Shown in pieces: positions 21,894 through 32,581 of a DNA stretch of 64,000 bases; the first letter of the stretch is position 1, and each line of letters starts with the position of its first letter. The notes beneath the pieces are model-generated. The model did not search any database. It was not told where the DNA came from and worked only from the letters and a program-made list of their open reading frames with translations. Origin of the DNA: Phyllobates terribilis (taxonomy: Eukaryota); NCBI RefSeq assembly GCF_046119375.1, contig NW_027362771.1, forward strand, positions 396,490,001 through 396,554,000. The letters are read 5' to 3'. The translations under genes and the position numbers were made by a program.

Positions 21894-22275
21894 TTAAGGA
21901 GCTATCTGTAACATAGCTGATAGTATTGAGGTGGCGGCTTGTCTTGTCTTAAATACACAGAGCAGCTTAGTCCAATGTACTTGATATTTCAGATACTTGT
22001 TATCTAATAAATGTAATAAGTGCACATAAAATAATAGATTTTCCTGTATCATTTTTACACATGTTATTGCCACTTTAGGACATCTCTGGTCCGGATAACT
22101 CAGCATTACACCTGGTTGGTCATAGTTCACCATCCATGTAGACATGCAGGCTAGGAGGAATAGGAGACGATGCTCCTCCCATTTGATGATTGTGGGGCTC
22201 ACAGTAGTGAAGCACTCAGAGGTCACACATGTTTTCCCTGTTCTGTGGATGGGTGATATATTGATAATACTTTAA

Positions 22276-22447
22276 AGGGATTTCTAGTGCTCTAATATTG
22301 ATAACCAGAACAGGTCATCAATATAAGATTGGTGGGGGCCAACGCCCAGCAGTCCCATTGATTAACTGTTATTTCCTCTGCCAGTGGTTGGATATAACCA
22401 ATAAACAGACATCACAGCTCCATTCACTGGTTAGTGGCGGCTGCTGG
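22276..22447. mobile_element. Kolobok/T2-type MITE, right half missing (cut by LTR)
   Basis: TTAA|AGGG start. It shares GGTCATCAATAT..GATTGGTGGGG and TAGTGG..GCT..TGG with the copy at 34841 and stops at the LTR. Confidence 0.6.
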
Positions 22448-23467
22448 TGACGCGCCCCTGGGCCTGTGCTGAGTAGCGTTGCGCACGCGGGAGCCTACCC
22501 GGAGCCGGATCTGATAGGGGTAGTAGTCTCGTGGCGGTGACCCGGTCCGTGCCCAGGGAGTCAAGCTGAGTGGCAGTCTTTAGCAGAAGATGGTACGGTG
22601 TTCGACTACGCCACCCGTTGAATGCGGCTATGAAGCCGCCGCTGCAGGGCAGACCGCTGAGGCCGGTGGTAAGGTCGTGCAGCGTAGCTGGTAGAACCCC
22701 CAACGGGAGGGGTATGGCCTCAGGGCAACCGACGTGTTTGAAGGGGGTAGCAGGAACCACTCAGAGACGGTGCGGTGTAGTTCTGGGTCTTTACTGGTGA
22801 CAAAGTAGACCCTCCCGGAGTACTGGCTAGCGATCGGGGCCTTGTCAGTCCGTGAGCTGATGGGATCTCCCCTGGCCAGGCGGAGTTGTAGGCCTCCCCA
22901 ACTAATCGTACTCTTCTGGCTACCTTGCTAGAGGCGGGTAAAAGTAGCCCACGTCCCTGAGTGTATCGTGTGGTGCTCACCCGTATGGCCGGTGACTCGG
23001 GGCCTTCTGGTAGCTTCCGCTCCACGACGGCGGTGCTGGTCCCTTGCGTGTGACCGTGCCTTCGGGTTTCTGGGCCAGAGGACCTGAAATCCCCTGCCGG
23101 TCGGTTTCTGCTGCTGGGTAAGGATTAGTCCCCACAGCCTCGGACTCCGGGTCCGGTGAGAACTCTTCAATCAGGGCGAGCTCTACAGCTTCCAGCCCCT
23201 GACTCCTTTTAGCACTGCTCCCACTGAGCTCCTGATCTTTCTTTCCTTGCTTTTGCTACACTCCAGACCAGACTGTGTCTCTGTCTGGGACTCCTCTTCT
23301 TCTCCCTAACCCCGCCTCAGTCCTAGTTTTATATAGGGGAAGTTCTTCCCCTCCCAGGACTGGGCAGGAGGTGTGGCATGCATAGGATTCCTGACCAGGA
23401 GACCTCCCACCTGCTCTCAGACGTAATATTGCTATTACTGTGGAAACCAGACCCCTGGGGTGCCACA
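22448..23467 (-). repeat. 3' LTR of B (U3 type Y)
   Basis: TG...CA, adjacent to the PPT (minus ACTAGGGGGGAA). Confidence 0.93.
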
Positions 23468-23832
23468 TTCCCCCCTAGTAAAATTTAGTACTCCGGGACT
23501 AAACATATTTTTGTAAACATAACAAGTTATAAACAGAAACAGTACAATAAAGAAAAACACATTAGGATGGTCACGGCGTGTCCGCAACCGGGTGCAGTTT
23601 TTGAAGAAAACAAGGGTGTCCATTTCACCAAGGAACAGGGAGCCGTAACCAGGTAGGGGTCTGTCCTACCCCGAGTCTTTAACAGTCTTAGTCCTTTCCT
23701 GGGTTACGCTCCAAACATATATACAAAGGATTCCGGATAATCCATAACTGACACCTATAAAATAACTGGAAATACATAATTATTTACAAGCAACAATAAA
23801 CAGGTAAATACAAATAAAACAGTTTGAACACT

Positions 23833-26800
23833 TTAGATCCTCCAACGTACGGGCAACTGGCCTCTAGTGGCTCTAGTGGACCTACGGAGCTTACTGACTG
23901 GTCCTGAGCTACAAGATGTAGGAGCTGTCAAAAGTAAACTGGGCAGCTGTCTACGGGCTCTTTGGCTCACTAGGGGTACGGCAGGCTCACTATAAGCAGA
24001 GGGTTGATTCTCCTGGTCTGCTTGTGTGGGGTCTTCTGCCTCCTGGACCGGCTGCTCTTCCAGCTCTACCTGTTTCTCTGTAGGCACTCGGGATGCTGGT
24101 TGGAGGAAGGTGAGGACGGGTACCACAACCGCGCCATTTACCTGTGTCCAAGACCGAGGGAAGTCTCCGAGTACAGTACTGACCATCTCTTCCCTTTCCT
24201 CTGCGGGTCGAGGGTTTTCTTGATCTTCTTCAGGGTTTCGTAGCTGCTCGGGACACTTCTTCAGGTGATCTCGGGAGACAATGGCTGTGGTTTCTCCTCC
24301 GTCCTTACTGATTGTGCAGACTTTTGGGTTCTCATGGCTTGAGGGCAGTACGGTGTACGGGTCTTTCTCCCACTGGTCGTCCAACTTGTGGAGCCGTCTC
24401 TTCCTCTTCAAGACCTGCTCTCCAGGTACCAGGGGAACAGCGGGAGCATACTGGTTGTAAGCCTTCTCCTGTCTTTCTCTAGCTTGACAGAGACTTCGCT
24501 CAACGCTCTCCTGTACTTTCCGGTACTGCTGCTGCCTCTCTGTGTCCCAGTCTGCTTCTGGTGAAGTGTCCTCGGGTGTCAGGACTCCCATATCCAGATC
24601 AACAGGCAGTTTACCAGGTCTTGCTCTCATCAGGTAAGCCGGGGTACAGTTGGTAGAACCTACCGGGATGTGGTTGTATAGGTCCACCAGATCAGGCAGT
24701 TTCTCAGGCCACAGACTGCGTTCTTCCAGGGGCAATGTTTTCAGAAGGTCTATCACCACCTGGTTCATTTTCTCACAGAGTCCATTGGTTTGCGGATGAT
24801 AGGGTGTTGTTCTTATCTTCCGGCAGCCATACAGAGTGCAGAACTCCTGGAACACTTCCGCTTCAAAGGCAGGTCCTTGGTCCATCAGCACCTGCTCTGG
24901 GTATCCGTGTGGACGGCAGAAGTGCTGCTGGAAAGCTCTAGCTGCTGTTTGAGCCGTTAAGTCCTTGACCGGGACCACCACCAGGAACCGGGAGTAATGA
25001 TCTACGATTGTGAGGGCGTAGACATACCCAGATCTGCTTGGAGCCAGTTTCACATGGTCCAGGGCTACCAGTTCCAGTGGCTGTCGGGTGATGATGGGCT
25101 GCAAGGGAGTCTTCTGGCTGGCACGGTCCTTCCTTCTTAGGTGGCACGGTCCACAGTCTCTGCACCACCTCTCGATGGCTCCTCTCATGCCTACCCAGTG
25201 GAACCGCCCGCGCAGCAGGAACTCCAGCTTCTTCCATCCGAAGTGCCCAGCTCCGTCGTGGTATGCCTCCAGTACCATAGCCGCGTCTCTTCTTGGCACC
25301 ACTACTTGCCAGATCAGTTCATGCGTCCGGGAGTTAACCATTCTGCGGCACAACTTCCCCTTGTAAAGGAACAGTCGACTCTTCTCAGCCCACAGTTGCT
25401 TGGTCTCCTCCGGAGCGTCTGGGTCAAGGCGGGCATCTGGCTGAGTCAGCATCTCCTTCACCAGTCGGACGGCGGGGTCACTGTCTTGCGTTTCCGCCCA
25501 GTTGTAATGAGGTAAGGGGTTGAACGTAGCGGATTGCTTACCCCTTACACGGTGGGAATACTGGATAGTCCCATGACAGTGGAACGCGGGGAGTTCAACT
25601 TCTTCCAATTCCTCTGGATCTTCCCCTACGTCCGGTAGGTTTGGCATTCTGGACAGGGCATCCGCGTTGGTATTGGAGCGTCCTGCCCGGTATTTGATCG
25701 TGAACTCATAGTTGGACAGGCGGGCCATCCATCTCTGCTCCAGGGCACCGAGTCTTGCCGTATCCAGGTGTGTCAACGGGTTGTTATCCGTGTAGACGAT
25801 GAACCGGGAAGAGGCGAGGTAGTGCTTAAAGCGTTCGGTGACTGCCCACACCACTGCCAGGAATTCTAGCTTGAATGAGCTGTAATTCTCAGAGTTTCTT
25901 TCGGTGGGTCGCAGTTTTCGGCTGGCGTAAGCAATTACCCGTTCCTTCCCCTGCTGGATCTGGGACAGTACAGCTCCTAGCCCGATGTTACTTGCGTCGG
26001 TGTAGAGGATAAAGGGCTGGCTGTAATCAGGGTATGCCAGGATTTCATCCCCCGTGAGGGCCATCTTCAGCTGGCGGAAGGACTCTTCTTCCAACTTCTC
26101 CCATCTGAAGAGCGGCTTCTGGTTCTTGGCCTTCCTGGACTGGCCTATCAGGAGGTCCTGCATAGGAGCTGCCTTTTTGGTGAAACCGGGAATGAACCTT
26201 CGGTAGTAGCCTACCAACCCGAGGAACTGCTGCACTTCCTTTACGCTGGAGGGTCTTGGCCATTCCTTAATCGCGGTGATCTTATCAGGGTCGGGAGCCA
26301 CTCCGTCAGCACTCACCACGTGTCCCAGGTACTGCACCCTTGGTTTCAGGAGGTGACACTTGGAGGGTTTCACCTTTAGGCCGTAGTTTGCCAGGGCTTC
26401 GAACACTTCTGCCAGGTGTTTCAGGTGGTCCTCGTAGGTCTTGGAGTAGACGATGACATCGTCCAGGTATAACAGGACCGTCTCGAAGTTTCGGTGTCCC
26501 AGACAGCATTCCATCAACCGTTGGAAGGTTCCTGGTGCGTTGCAGAGTCCGAACGGCATGCAGGTAAACTCGCTAAGTCCCATCGGGGTGGTGAATGCGG
26601 TCTTCTCCCGGTCCGCCTCTGCTACAGGAACCTGCCAGTACCCGCTAGTGAGATCCAAAGTAGAGAAGAAGTTAGCAGATTTTAAAGCGGCCAAAGACTC
26701 CTCTATCCTTGGTAAGGGGTACGCATCTTTGTGTGTGATACGGTTGATTTTCCGGTAATCTACACACATTCTCATGGTGTTGTCTTTTTTTTTAACCAAG

Positions 26801-28899
26801 ACCAGTGGAGCTGCCCAGGGGCTACAGCTATCCCTGATTACCCCAGCCTCCTTCATGTCTCTAAGCATTCCCTTGGCGTGTTGGTAGTGTGCAGGGGGTA
26901 CGGGTCGGTATCTCTCCTTTATGGGAGGATGGTCTCCCGTGAGGATATGATGTTCTACCCCCTTTACTCGCCCGAAGTCTAACGGGTGTTTACTAAACAC
27001 TCTCTCGTACTCTTGAACCACCCGATAGACTCCCTGTTTCTGGTGTGAGGGAGTGGAGTCAGTACCCAAATGTAGTTGCTGACACCAGTCCTCTATTGTT
27101 TTCTTAGAGCCGTTACCTTCCTCTGGATGAGATGGAGGCAAGGGTTCCACGGACTGTACAGAATTTTGATTGATGGTATACAATTTGGCTAGCGTAGCAT
27201 ACCGGGGCAGGTACACTTCCCTTTTCCCGATGTTTATTATGCGAACGGGCACCCTCCCATGGCGTACATCAACCACCCCCCGTGCTGTCAAAATGGTGGG
27301 CCTACTTTCTGAGTAGACGGGTTCTACCATTGCTTGGTAGTCTCTACCTCTTAGACCAATAGCTGCCCGGCACCAAATCATCATTTCACTTTTTGGGGGT
27401 ATGGCAATAGGGAAAGGGTCACACATTCTCACGCTTCCAATCTCACCACCGGAGAGTTCCACCTGTTGCCGCCGCATCAGTGCCCGGATCTCTTTTTGGA
27501 GCACTCGCTGTTGGCCGGAGCTGGCGTTCTTGGCAACCTGCTGTAAAATAAGAATCACCTCTGCAAGACAATTTTCAATCACATTAGTTCCTAGAGTTAT
27601 CTTTGGGTGACTCTCGCGCTTGTCAATGTCTACAATGATCAGTCCCTGTGCTGCCAGTTCGACTCTACCGACTTTAATGGTCATCTCTTTGAATCCGATC
27701 TGTGGCACGGGTTGACCATTGCTGGCGATGATACTCAAGTCGTCGTCAGGGTAGCGGGTTATATCCGAGTCATTCCAGTACTGCTTAAAGAGCACGTACG
27801 GGATGGTGGTGACCTGTGACCCGGTGTCAAGTAGGGCACTCATAGGAATGCCATCCAGTACTACAGGCAAGACTGGACGTCCTCCCACGTATTTGTCACG
27901 CCAGTTCGATGGGCCTGGTGATCTTATTCCTAGGGGTTGGCCCTCTACCCCAGGTTGTGACAGTTTAAAGGACAGTACCTTGCCATATGTCCGGGTTGAT
28001 TGCAGCGGCGGCAGATGGGTTGTCCGTCCTCGTTGTATCGGTCGCTGGGTCTTCCTCTGGTCGGTGGGGTCCTCCGGTCCGGATGCCAGCTGGATCTTCC
28101 CTGGAGCAGCAACCTGTAAAGACTGCACAGTTCGGGTTAGCGCAGCTACGCTTTTAGCTAGCTCTTGGACCTGATGGTGCAGGTCTGGAGCCTGGTCATT
28201 GTTCAAAGCCTGCGCATCAGCTCCCACAGGCCCTGCCGACAAGGGCGCCGCCTCCTGGTGGTAAGCGGTAGTAGGGTGCCTGTGGGCCACAACGCCACCC
28301 GGTGCCGGTTCTCGGAGAACCCGAATGGCTCTGTCCTTGAACTGTGCAAAGTCCAGATGAGGATCCTGTAAGGCCATTGCCCGCAACTGGGTTCGGTGGG
28401 CATTGCAATATAGTCCCTCTATAAATTGTTCGGTCAACAGCCTGTCCTCGTTTCCCACGCCGTCAAGGTCGACCTGCTTAATGGCTCTCAGGGCCTCTTG
28501 TAGGTTTAGTGCATAGTCCCTTATATTCTCATGTGCTCGCTGTTTGCACCCGTAGAATCTAAGCTTAATCTCAGCTGAGGTGCGGGTATCAAAGGTGTCC
28601 TTCAGCCGGGCTAATATCCCTGCTACAGTCCTCCTCCCAGGTGGCCAGGACTTTACCTCCCTTTGGGCTACCCCGGTTAGTTGGGCCACCAGGATGCTCA
28701 CTTTTTGCTCTTCTGTGAGGGGGTACACCTGGAAGAGGCTATCCAGCTTTTCTCTAAAGTCATTCAGGGTATGTGACTCCCCTGAGTACTGGGGTAGCCA
28801 GGCTGCCCCCGGGATATAGGGCATCGTGAAAGGCATGACCGCTGCAGCGGTGGCGCTGGCGGTGGCTGTGGCAGTGAAGCTCTCCTCCGTATCCGACAT
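23833..28899 (-). CDS. gag-pol: Gag-Pol fusion ORF, 1688 aa (Gag, PR, RT, RH, IN); nucleocapsid knuckle out of frame
   Basis: Motifs LLDTG, YLDD, LYTDAS, HHCC and the integrase core. CRRCNQPGHMARYC is encoded at 27972-28013 in a different frame. Confidence 0.9.
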   Translation of the reverse strand: MSDTEESFTATATASATAAAVMPFTMPYIPGAAWLPQYSGESHTLNDFREKLDSLFQVYPLTEEQKVSILVAQLTGVAQREVKSWPPGRRTVAGILARLKDTFDTRTSAEIKLRFYGCKQRAHENIRDYALNLQEALRAIKQVDLDGVGNEDRLLTEQFIEGLYCNAHRTQLRAMALQDPHLDFAQFKDRAIRVLREPAPGGVVAHRHPTTAYHQEAAPLSAGPVGADAQALNNDQAPDLHHQVQELAKSVAALTRTVQSLQVAAPGKIQLASGPEDPTDQRKTQRPIQRGRTTHLPPLQSTRTYGKVLSFKLSQPGVEGQPLGIRSPGPSNWRDKYVGGRPVLPVVLDGIPMSALLDTGSQVTTIPYVLFKQYWNDSDITRYPDDDLSIIASNGQPVPQIGFKEMTIKVGRVELAAQGLIIVDIDKRESHPKITLGTNVIENCLAEVILILQQVAKNASSGQQRVLQKEIRALMRRQQVELSGGEIGSVRMCDPFPIAIPPKSEMMIWCRAAIGLRGRDYQAMVEPVYSESRPTILTARGVVDVRHGRVPVRIINIGKREVYLPRYATLAKLYTINQNSVQSVEPLPPSHPEEGNGSKKTIEDWCQQLHLGTDSTPSHQKQGVYRVVQEYERVFSKHPLDFGRVKGVEHHILTGDHPPIKERYRPVPPAHYQHAKGMLRDMKEAGVIRDSCSPWAAPLVLVKKKDNTMRMCVDYRKINRITHKDAYPLPRIEESLAALKSANFFSTLDLTSGYWQVPVAEADREKTAFTTPMGLSEFTCMPFGLCNAPGTFQRLMECCLGHRNFETVLLYLDDVIVYSKTYEDHLKHLAEVFEALANYGLKVKPSKCHLLKPRVQYLGHVVSADGVAPDPDKITAIKEWPRPSSVKEVQQFLGLVGYYRRFIPGFTKKAAPMQDLLIGQSRKAKNQKPLFRWEKLEEESFRQLKMALTGDEILAYPDYSQPFILYTDASNIGLGAVLSQIQQGKERVIAYASRKLRPTERNSENYSSFKLEFLAVVWAVTERFKHYLASSRFIVYTDNNPLTHLDTARLGALEQRWMARLSNYEFTIKYRAGRSNTNADALSRMPNLPDVGEDPEELEEVELPAFHCHGTIQYSHRVRGKQSATFNPLPHYNWAETQDSDPAVRLVKEMLTQPDARLDPDAPEETKQLWAEKSRLFLYKGKLCRRMVNSRTHELIWQVVVPRRDAAMVLEAYHDGAGHFGWKKLEFLLRGRFHWVGMRGAIERWCRDCGPCHLRRKDRASQKTPLQPIITRQPLELVALDHVKLAPSRSGYVYALTIVDHYSRFLVVVPVKDLTAQTAARAFQQHFCRPHGYPEQVLMDQGPAFEAEVFQEFCTLYGCRKIRTTPYHPQTNGLCEKMNQVVIDLLKTLPLEERSLWPEKLPDLVDLYNHIPVGSTNCTPAYLMRARPGKLPVDLDMGVLTPEDTSPEADWDTERQQQYRKVQESVERSLCQARERQEKAYNQYAPAVPLVPGEQVLKRKRRLHKLDDQWEKDPYTVLPSSHENPKVCTISKDGGETTAIVSRDHLKKCPEQLRNPEEDQENPRPAEEREEMVSTVLGDFPRSWTQVNGAVVVPVLTFLQPASRVPTEKQVELEEQPVQEAEDPTQADQENQPSAYSEPAVPLVSQRARRQLPSLLLTAPTSCSSGPVSKLRRSTRATRGQLPVRWRI
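27929..27969 (-). promoter_or_regulatory. -1 frameshift signal of B (T TTA AAC, 8-nt spacer, stem)
   Basis: Same geometry as in C. The stem is CCTGGGG/CCCTAGG with one G-U pair. Confidence 0.8.
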
Positions 28900-29316
28900 C
28901 CTCCTCCCCCCTAGTGGACCGTGGCCTACCTTGCGATGATCCTCTTCCGTAGGCCGCGGCTCCGCAGTGGATCGTCAGGGTCGAGGACCTTCCGTCGCGC
29001 TCCTGTGACGTCGGCGTCTGCTGGGCTCCTTCCAGGACCTTACGCAACGTCCGGACATGAGGCGGAGCTCCAGTTCTCGCGCGCTTTCGGAGTCCACGCC
29101 CCACTTCTTCCCGCGCGGCGTCTTCAAGATGGCGTCCAACGGCGGGAAAACTCCACGGATGGCGGGAAGAAGGCAGAAGATGGCGTCGGATGGCGGGAAA
29201 ACTCCACGGATGGCGGGAAGGAAGCAGAAGATGGCGCCGGATGGCGGGAATCTTCACCACAGGTAAGTTTGAACAGTCTTTTTCAGGCACGCAGTACCCG
29301 GTGGTTGCGGGCACGA

Positions 29317-29335
29317 AATCCTGCCGACTACGCCA
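29317..29335 (-). promoter_or_regulatory. Primer-binding site, tRNA-Ser
   Basis: TGGCGTAGTCGGCAGGATT, 5 nt from the LTR end. Confidence 0.88.
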
Positions 29336-29340
29336 AAAGT

Positions 29341-30402
29341 TGACGCGCCCCTGGGCCTGTGTCGTGCTGCGTTGCGCACGCGGGAGCTTACCCGGAGCCG
29401 GATCTCTTTAGGGTTGTAGTCTCGTGGCGGTGATCCGGTCCGTGCCCAGGGAGTCAGACTAAGTGGTGCTGTATTAGCGGTAGATGTTGGACGACTACGC
29501 CACCCGTTGAGTACAGCTAAGGAGCTGCTGCTGCAGGGCAGACCGCTGAGGCCGGTGGTAGGATTGTGCAGCGTGATAGTATAACCCCCAACGGGAGGGG
29601 TATGGCCTCAGGGCAGCCGACGTGGATGATGGGGGTAGCAGGAACCACTCGGAGACGGTACGGTGTAGTTCAGGGTTTTTACTGGTGACAAAGATAGACC
29701 CTCCCGGAGTACTGGCTAGCGATTGGGGCCTGGTCAGTCCTTGAGCAGATGGGATCTCCCCTGGCCAGGCGGAGTTGTAGGCCTCCCAAACTAACGATAC
29801 TCTTCCGGCTACCTTGCTAGAGGCGGGTATAAGTAGCCCACGTCCCTGAGTGTACCGTGTGGTGCTCACCCGTATGGCCGGTGACTCGGGGCCTTCTAGT
29901 AGCTTCCGCTCCACGACGGCGGTGCTGGTCCCACGCGTGTGACCGTGCCTTCGGGTTTCTGGGCCAGAGGACCTGCAATCCCCTGCCGGTCGGTTTCTGC
30001 TGCTGGATAGGAGTTAGTCCCCACAGCCTCGGACTCCGGGTCCGGTAAGAAATCTTCTCAGTCAGGGCGAGCTCTGCAGCTGCCAGCCCCTGACTCCTTG
30101 TAACACTGCTCCCACAGAGCTCCTGTTGTTTCTTCCTATGCTGCTTCTCTTCTCTACTTCTAGCATGGCCCAGGAGCTGGGCCCAGCCGGAGCCACAGCT
30201 CCCTGTCAGCCCTCCTGGCTGCACTCTCCCTCTGAACTCTCTAACCCTGCCTCAGCCCCAGGTTTATATAGGGGAAGTTCTTCCCCTCCCAGGACTGGGC
30301 AGGAGGTGTGGCATGCATAGGATTCCTGACCAAGAGACCTCCCACCTGCTCTCAGACATAACATTGCTGTTACTGTGGAAACCAGACCCCTGGGGTGCCA
30401 CA
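29341..30402 (-). repeat. 5' LTR of B (U3 type Y)
   Basis: TG...CA, adjacent to the PBS. Confidence 0.93.
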
Positions 30403-31036
30403 ATACCATATAGGACTTATAGACACCAGCTACAGGGCATCAGTCTGCAGGTCGCCAGGGTGGAGGGACTGAGTGCAGCTAAGCTTTAAAGGGGTTTTCC
30501 CATGAATAAAAGTTAATTTAATCAATACATTTTAGAATAATAATAATTTTCACAATTGGATGTGATTAAATAAAATGTTCCTGTGCTTATCAGCAAATGA
30601 TTATTTCTTTGAAGTAAAACATTGTTTAAAAAAAAACAGGCTGAGTGTGATCTGACAAAACATCGGATATCACTGGAACCAATATTATTTTATGGGCTCG
30701 GGTACATGTCCGATTTTTTTCCTTGGACCAATTGCAGAATGCCCAAGTTGGATCCAATGAACGGATCACACTCGGCCATGCAAGTCAATGAGTCCATGGA
30801 AAACATCGGACGGCACTCAGATGACAACCGAGTGCAGGCCGATTTCCACAGACTGACAGAATGGAAAAGATGGAGTCATTTTTTTTTCCATCTTCTCCAC
30901 ATCAGAAAAAATTGGATCACACTATGATCAAATTCTTTTCAGAGTTTAATCAAAATGTGATTTGTATAATCGTCTGGATTCTCTTAGATGAGAGAATATA
31001 CGCTGGTGTGACTCAGCTTCACACGGACTACATTAC

Positions 31037-31099
31037 CTGTGGATGATGCCCTTAGAATGGAGGAACTGGATCCCACACACTAGTTCGGCGGCATAGAAT
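31037..31099 (-). pseudogene. Kinase exon (subdomain VIa to the start of HRD)
   Basis: ATCAG|A...CACAG|GTAATG, 63 nt, phase 2-2. Encodes (R)FYAAELVCGIQFLHSKGIIH(R). Confidence 0.92.
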
Positions 31100-31454
31100 C
31101 TGATAAAGAGAAAATGAATAAGTATCAGATCCCAAAGTTGGTAAACTTGGGAATTCATATTAGTCAATAGGAGCATTATTCTATATTATTCACTCTATGT
31201 GACTGCCGAATCGTGAAGGTGTAAACAGCTCACAATGTCAATATTGCAGCCTCGAGAATGCACGTATGCAAATTACATACTTATGATTATATGCCGACTA
31301 TACTCCTGCACGTCTCTCAATTCTCTCCTATTTGAAGAAGCCGGGTGAGACTAGTCGGCATGTGATCACAAATATGAAAATTGTACCTGTAATTACAGGA
31401 TCACCCACCTGAACGGGGTATACAGGGAAATATTGACCGTGTGCGTGTTGCATA

Positions 31455-32499
31455 TGACTCGCCCCCTGGGCCTGTGCTGGGGAACCCGGAACCGGGCCTG
31501 TTGTAGGATGCTGGGGGTTGTAGTCTCAGTGTGGCGGCGACCCGGTCCGTGGCTCAGGGTGGTCAAACCAGTGGCAGTCTTAGGTAATAACAATGTCCGA
31601 ATACGCCACCCGTGGATTGCGGTCAGTGGGGACCGCCGCTGCGCTGCAGACCGCTGAGGCTGATGTTGTTTGCACAGCCGAGTATGGGATAACTCCCCAT
31701 GGGAGAAGTATTGCCTCAGGGCAGCTAATGTGAGAGATGATGGGAGTGATGGTTTGAGCGTCCCAGTGCTAATGGTGCTGGTGCGGCAAGGAATCACAGA
31801 GACGTGTGGTGCAGTTCAGGGTCTTTACTGATGGTATAAGCAGACCCTCCCGGGAGTACTGGCTAGTATAAGGGCCTGGTCAGTCTGCGAGCAAGCAGGA
31901 GTTCCCCTGGGCAGGTGGAGTTGTAGGCCTCCCCGTTTATCTGCACTCTTCCTGGCTACCTTGCTGTAAGCAGTTACAAGTAGCCCACGTCCCTAAGTAT
32001 ACCGTGTGGTGCTCACCCGTATGGCTGGTGACTTGGGGCCTTCTGTTAGCCTCCGCTCCTGGATGGCAGCGCTGGTCCCTTCTTTGTGACTGAGCCTCCG
32101 GGCTTCTATGGCCAGAGGACCTGGAATCACCTGCCGGCTGGTTTCTGCTGCTGGGTATATATCAGTCCCCACAGCCTCGGACTCCTGTGTCCGGTTTTAG
32201 TGTCCTCGGCCAGGGCGAGCTATATCTCTGCTCACAGCCCCTGGTCTTCTGCTTCTGCTCCTCAGAGCTCCTGTTCTCACTTTCCCTGTGTCTGCTGTCC
32301 TCCAGACCAGACTGTGTCTCTGTCTGGGACTTCACTCCCTAATCCCGCCCCAGACCCAGTTTATAAGGGCAGATTCCTCCCCTCCCAGGTCTGGGTGGGC
32401 CGTGTTGCATGCTTAGGGCTCCTGACCAGAGAAACCTCCCACTTGCTCTCAGACATAATATTTCTATTACTGTGGCAACCAGACCCCTGGGGTGCCACA
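31455..32499 (-). mobile_element. Solo LTR, chimeric (X-like U5 side, Y-type U3 side)
   Basis: TG...CA with 4-bp TSD CATA (31451-31454 / 32500-32503). Confidence 0.92.
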
Positions 32500-32581
32500 C
32501 ATACTTTCACAATTTGTCAGTCTGCAGTCACATAGACCGCTGATTTTTCTTCTGAGACTGGACACTCCTTTAACACATTAC

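Larger units (their letters stand above)
22448..30402 (-). mobile_element. Ty3/Gypsy retrotransposon B with two LTRs; probably recombinant (no TSD, divergent LTRs)
   Basis: LTRs at 22448-23467 and 29341-30402, PPT at 23468-23480, PBS at 29317-29335. Flanks are CTGG versus ATAC. Confidence 0.95.

Noticed and set aside
22085-22150. Minus-strand YMDGEL*PTRCNAELSGPE as the missing kinase activation-loop exon
   Set aside because: No DFG or DLKPEN, an in-frame stop and no proper splice sites.
24004-28819. Numerous short ORFs antisense to or overlapping pol (also within A, C and D)
   Set aside because: Shadow ORFs of GC-rich coding sequence with no recognisable motifs.
23833-28899. Element B as an intact, currently active autonomous retrotransposon
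   Set aside because: The NC knuckle is out of frame, the LTRs are divergent and there is no TSD.
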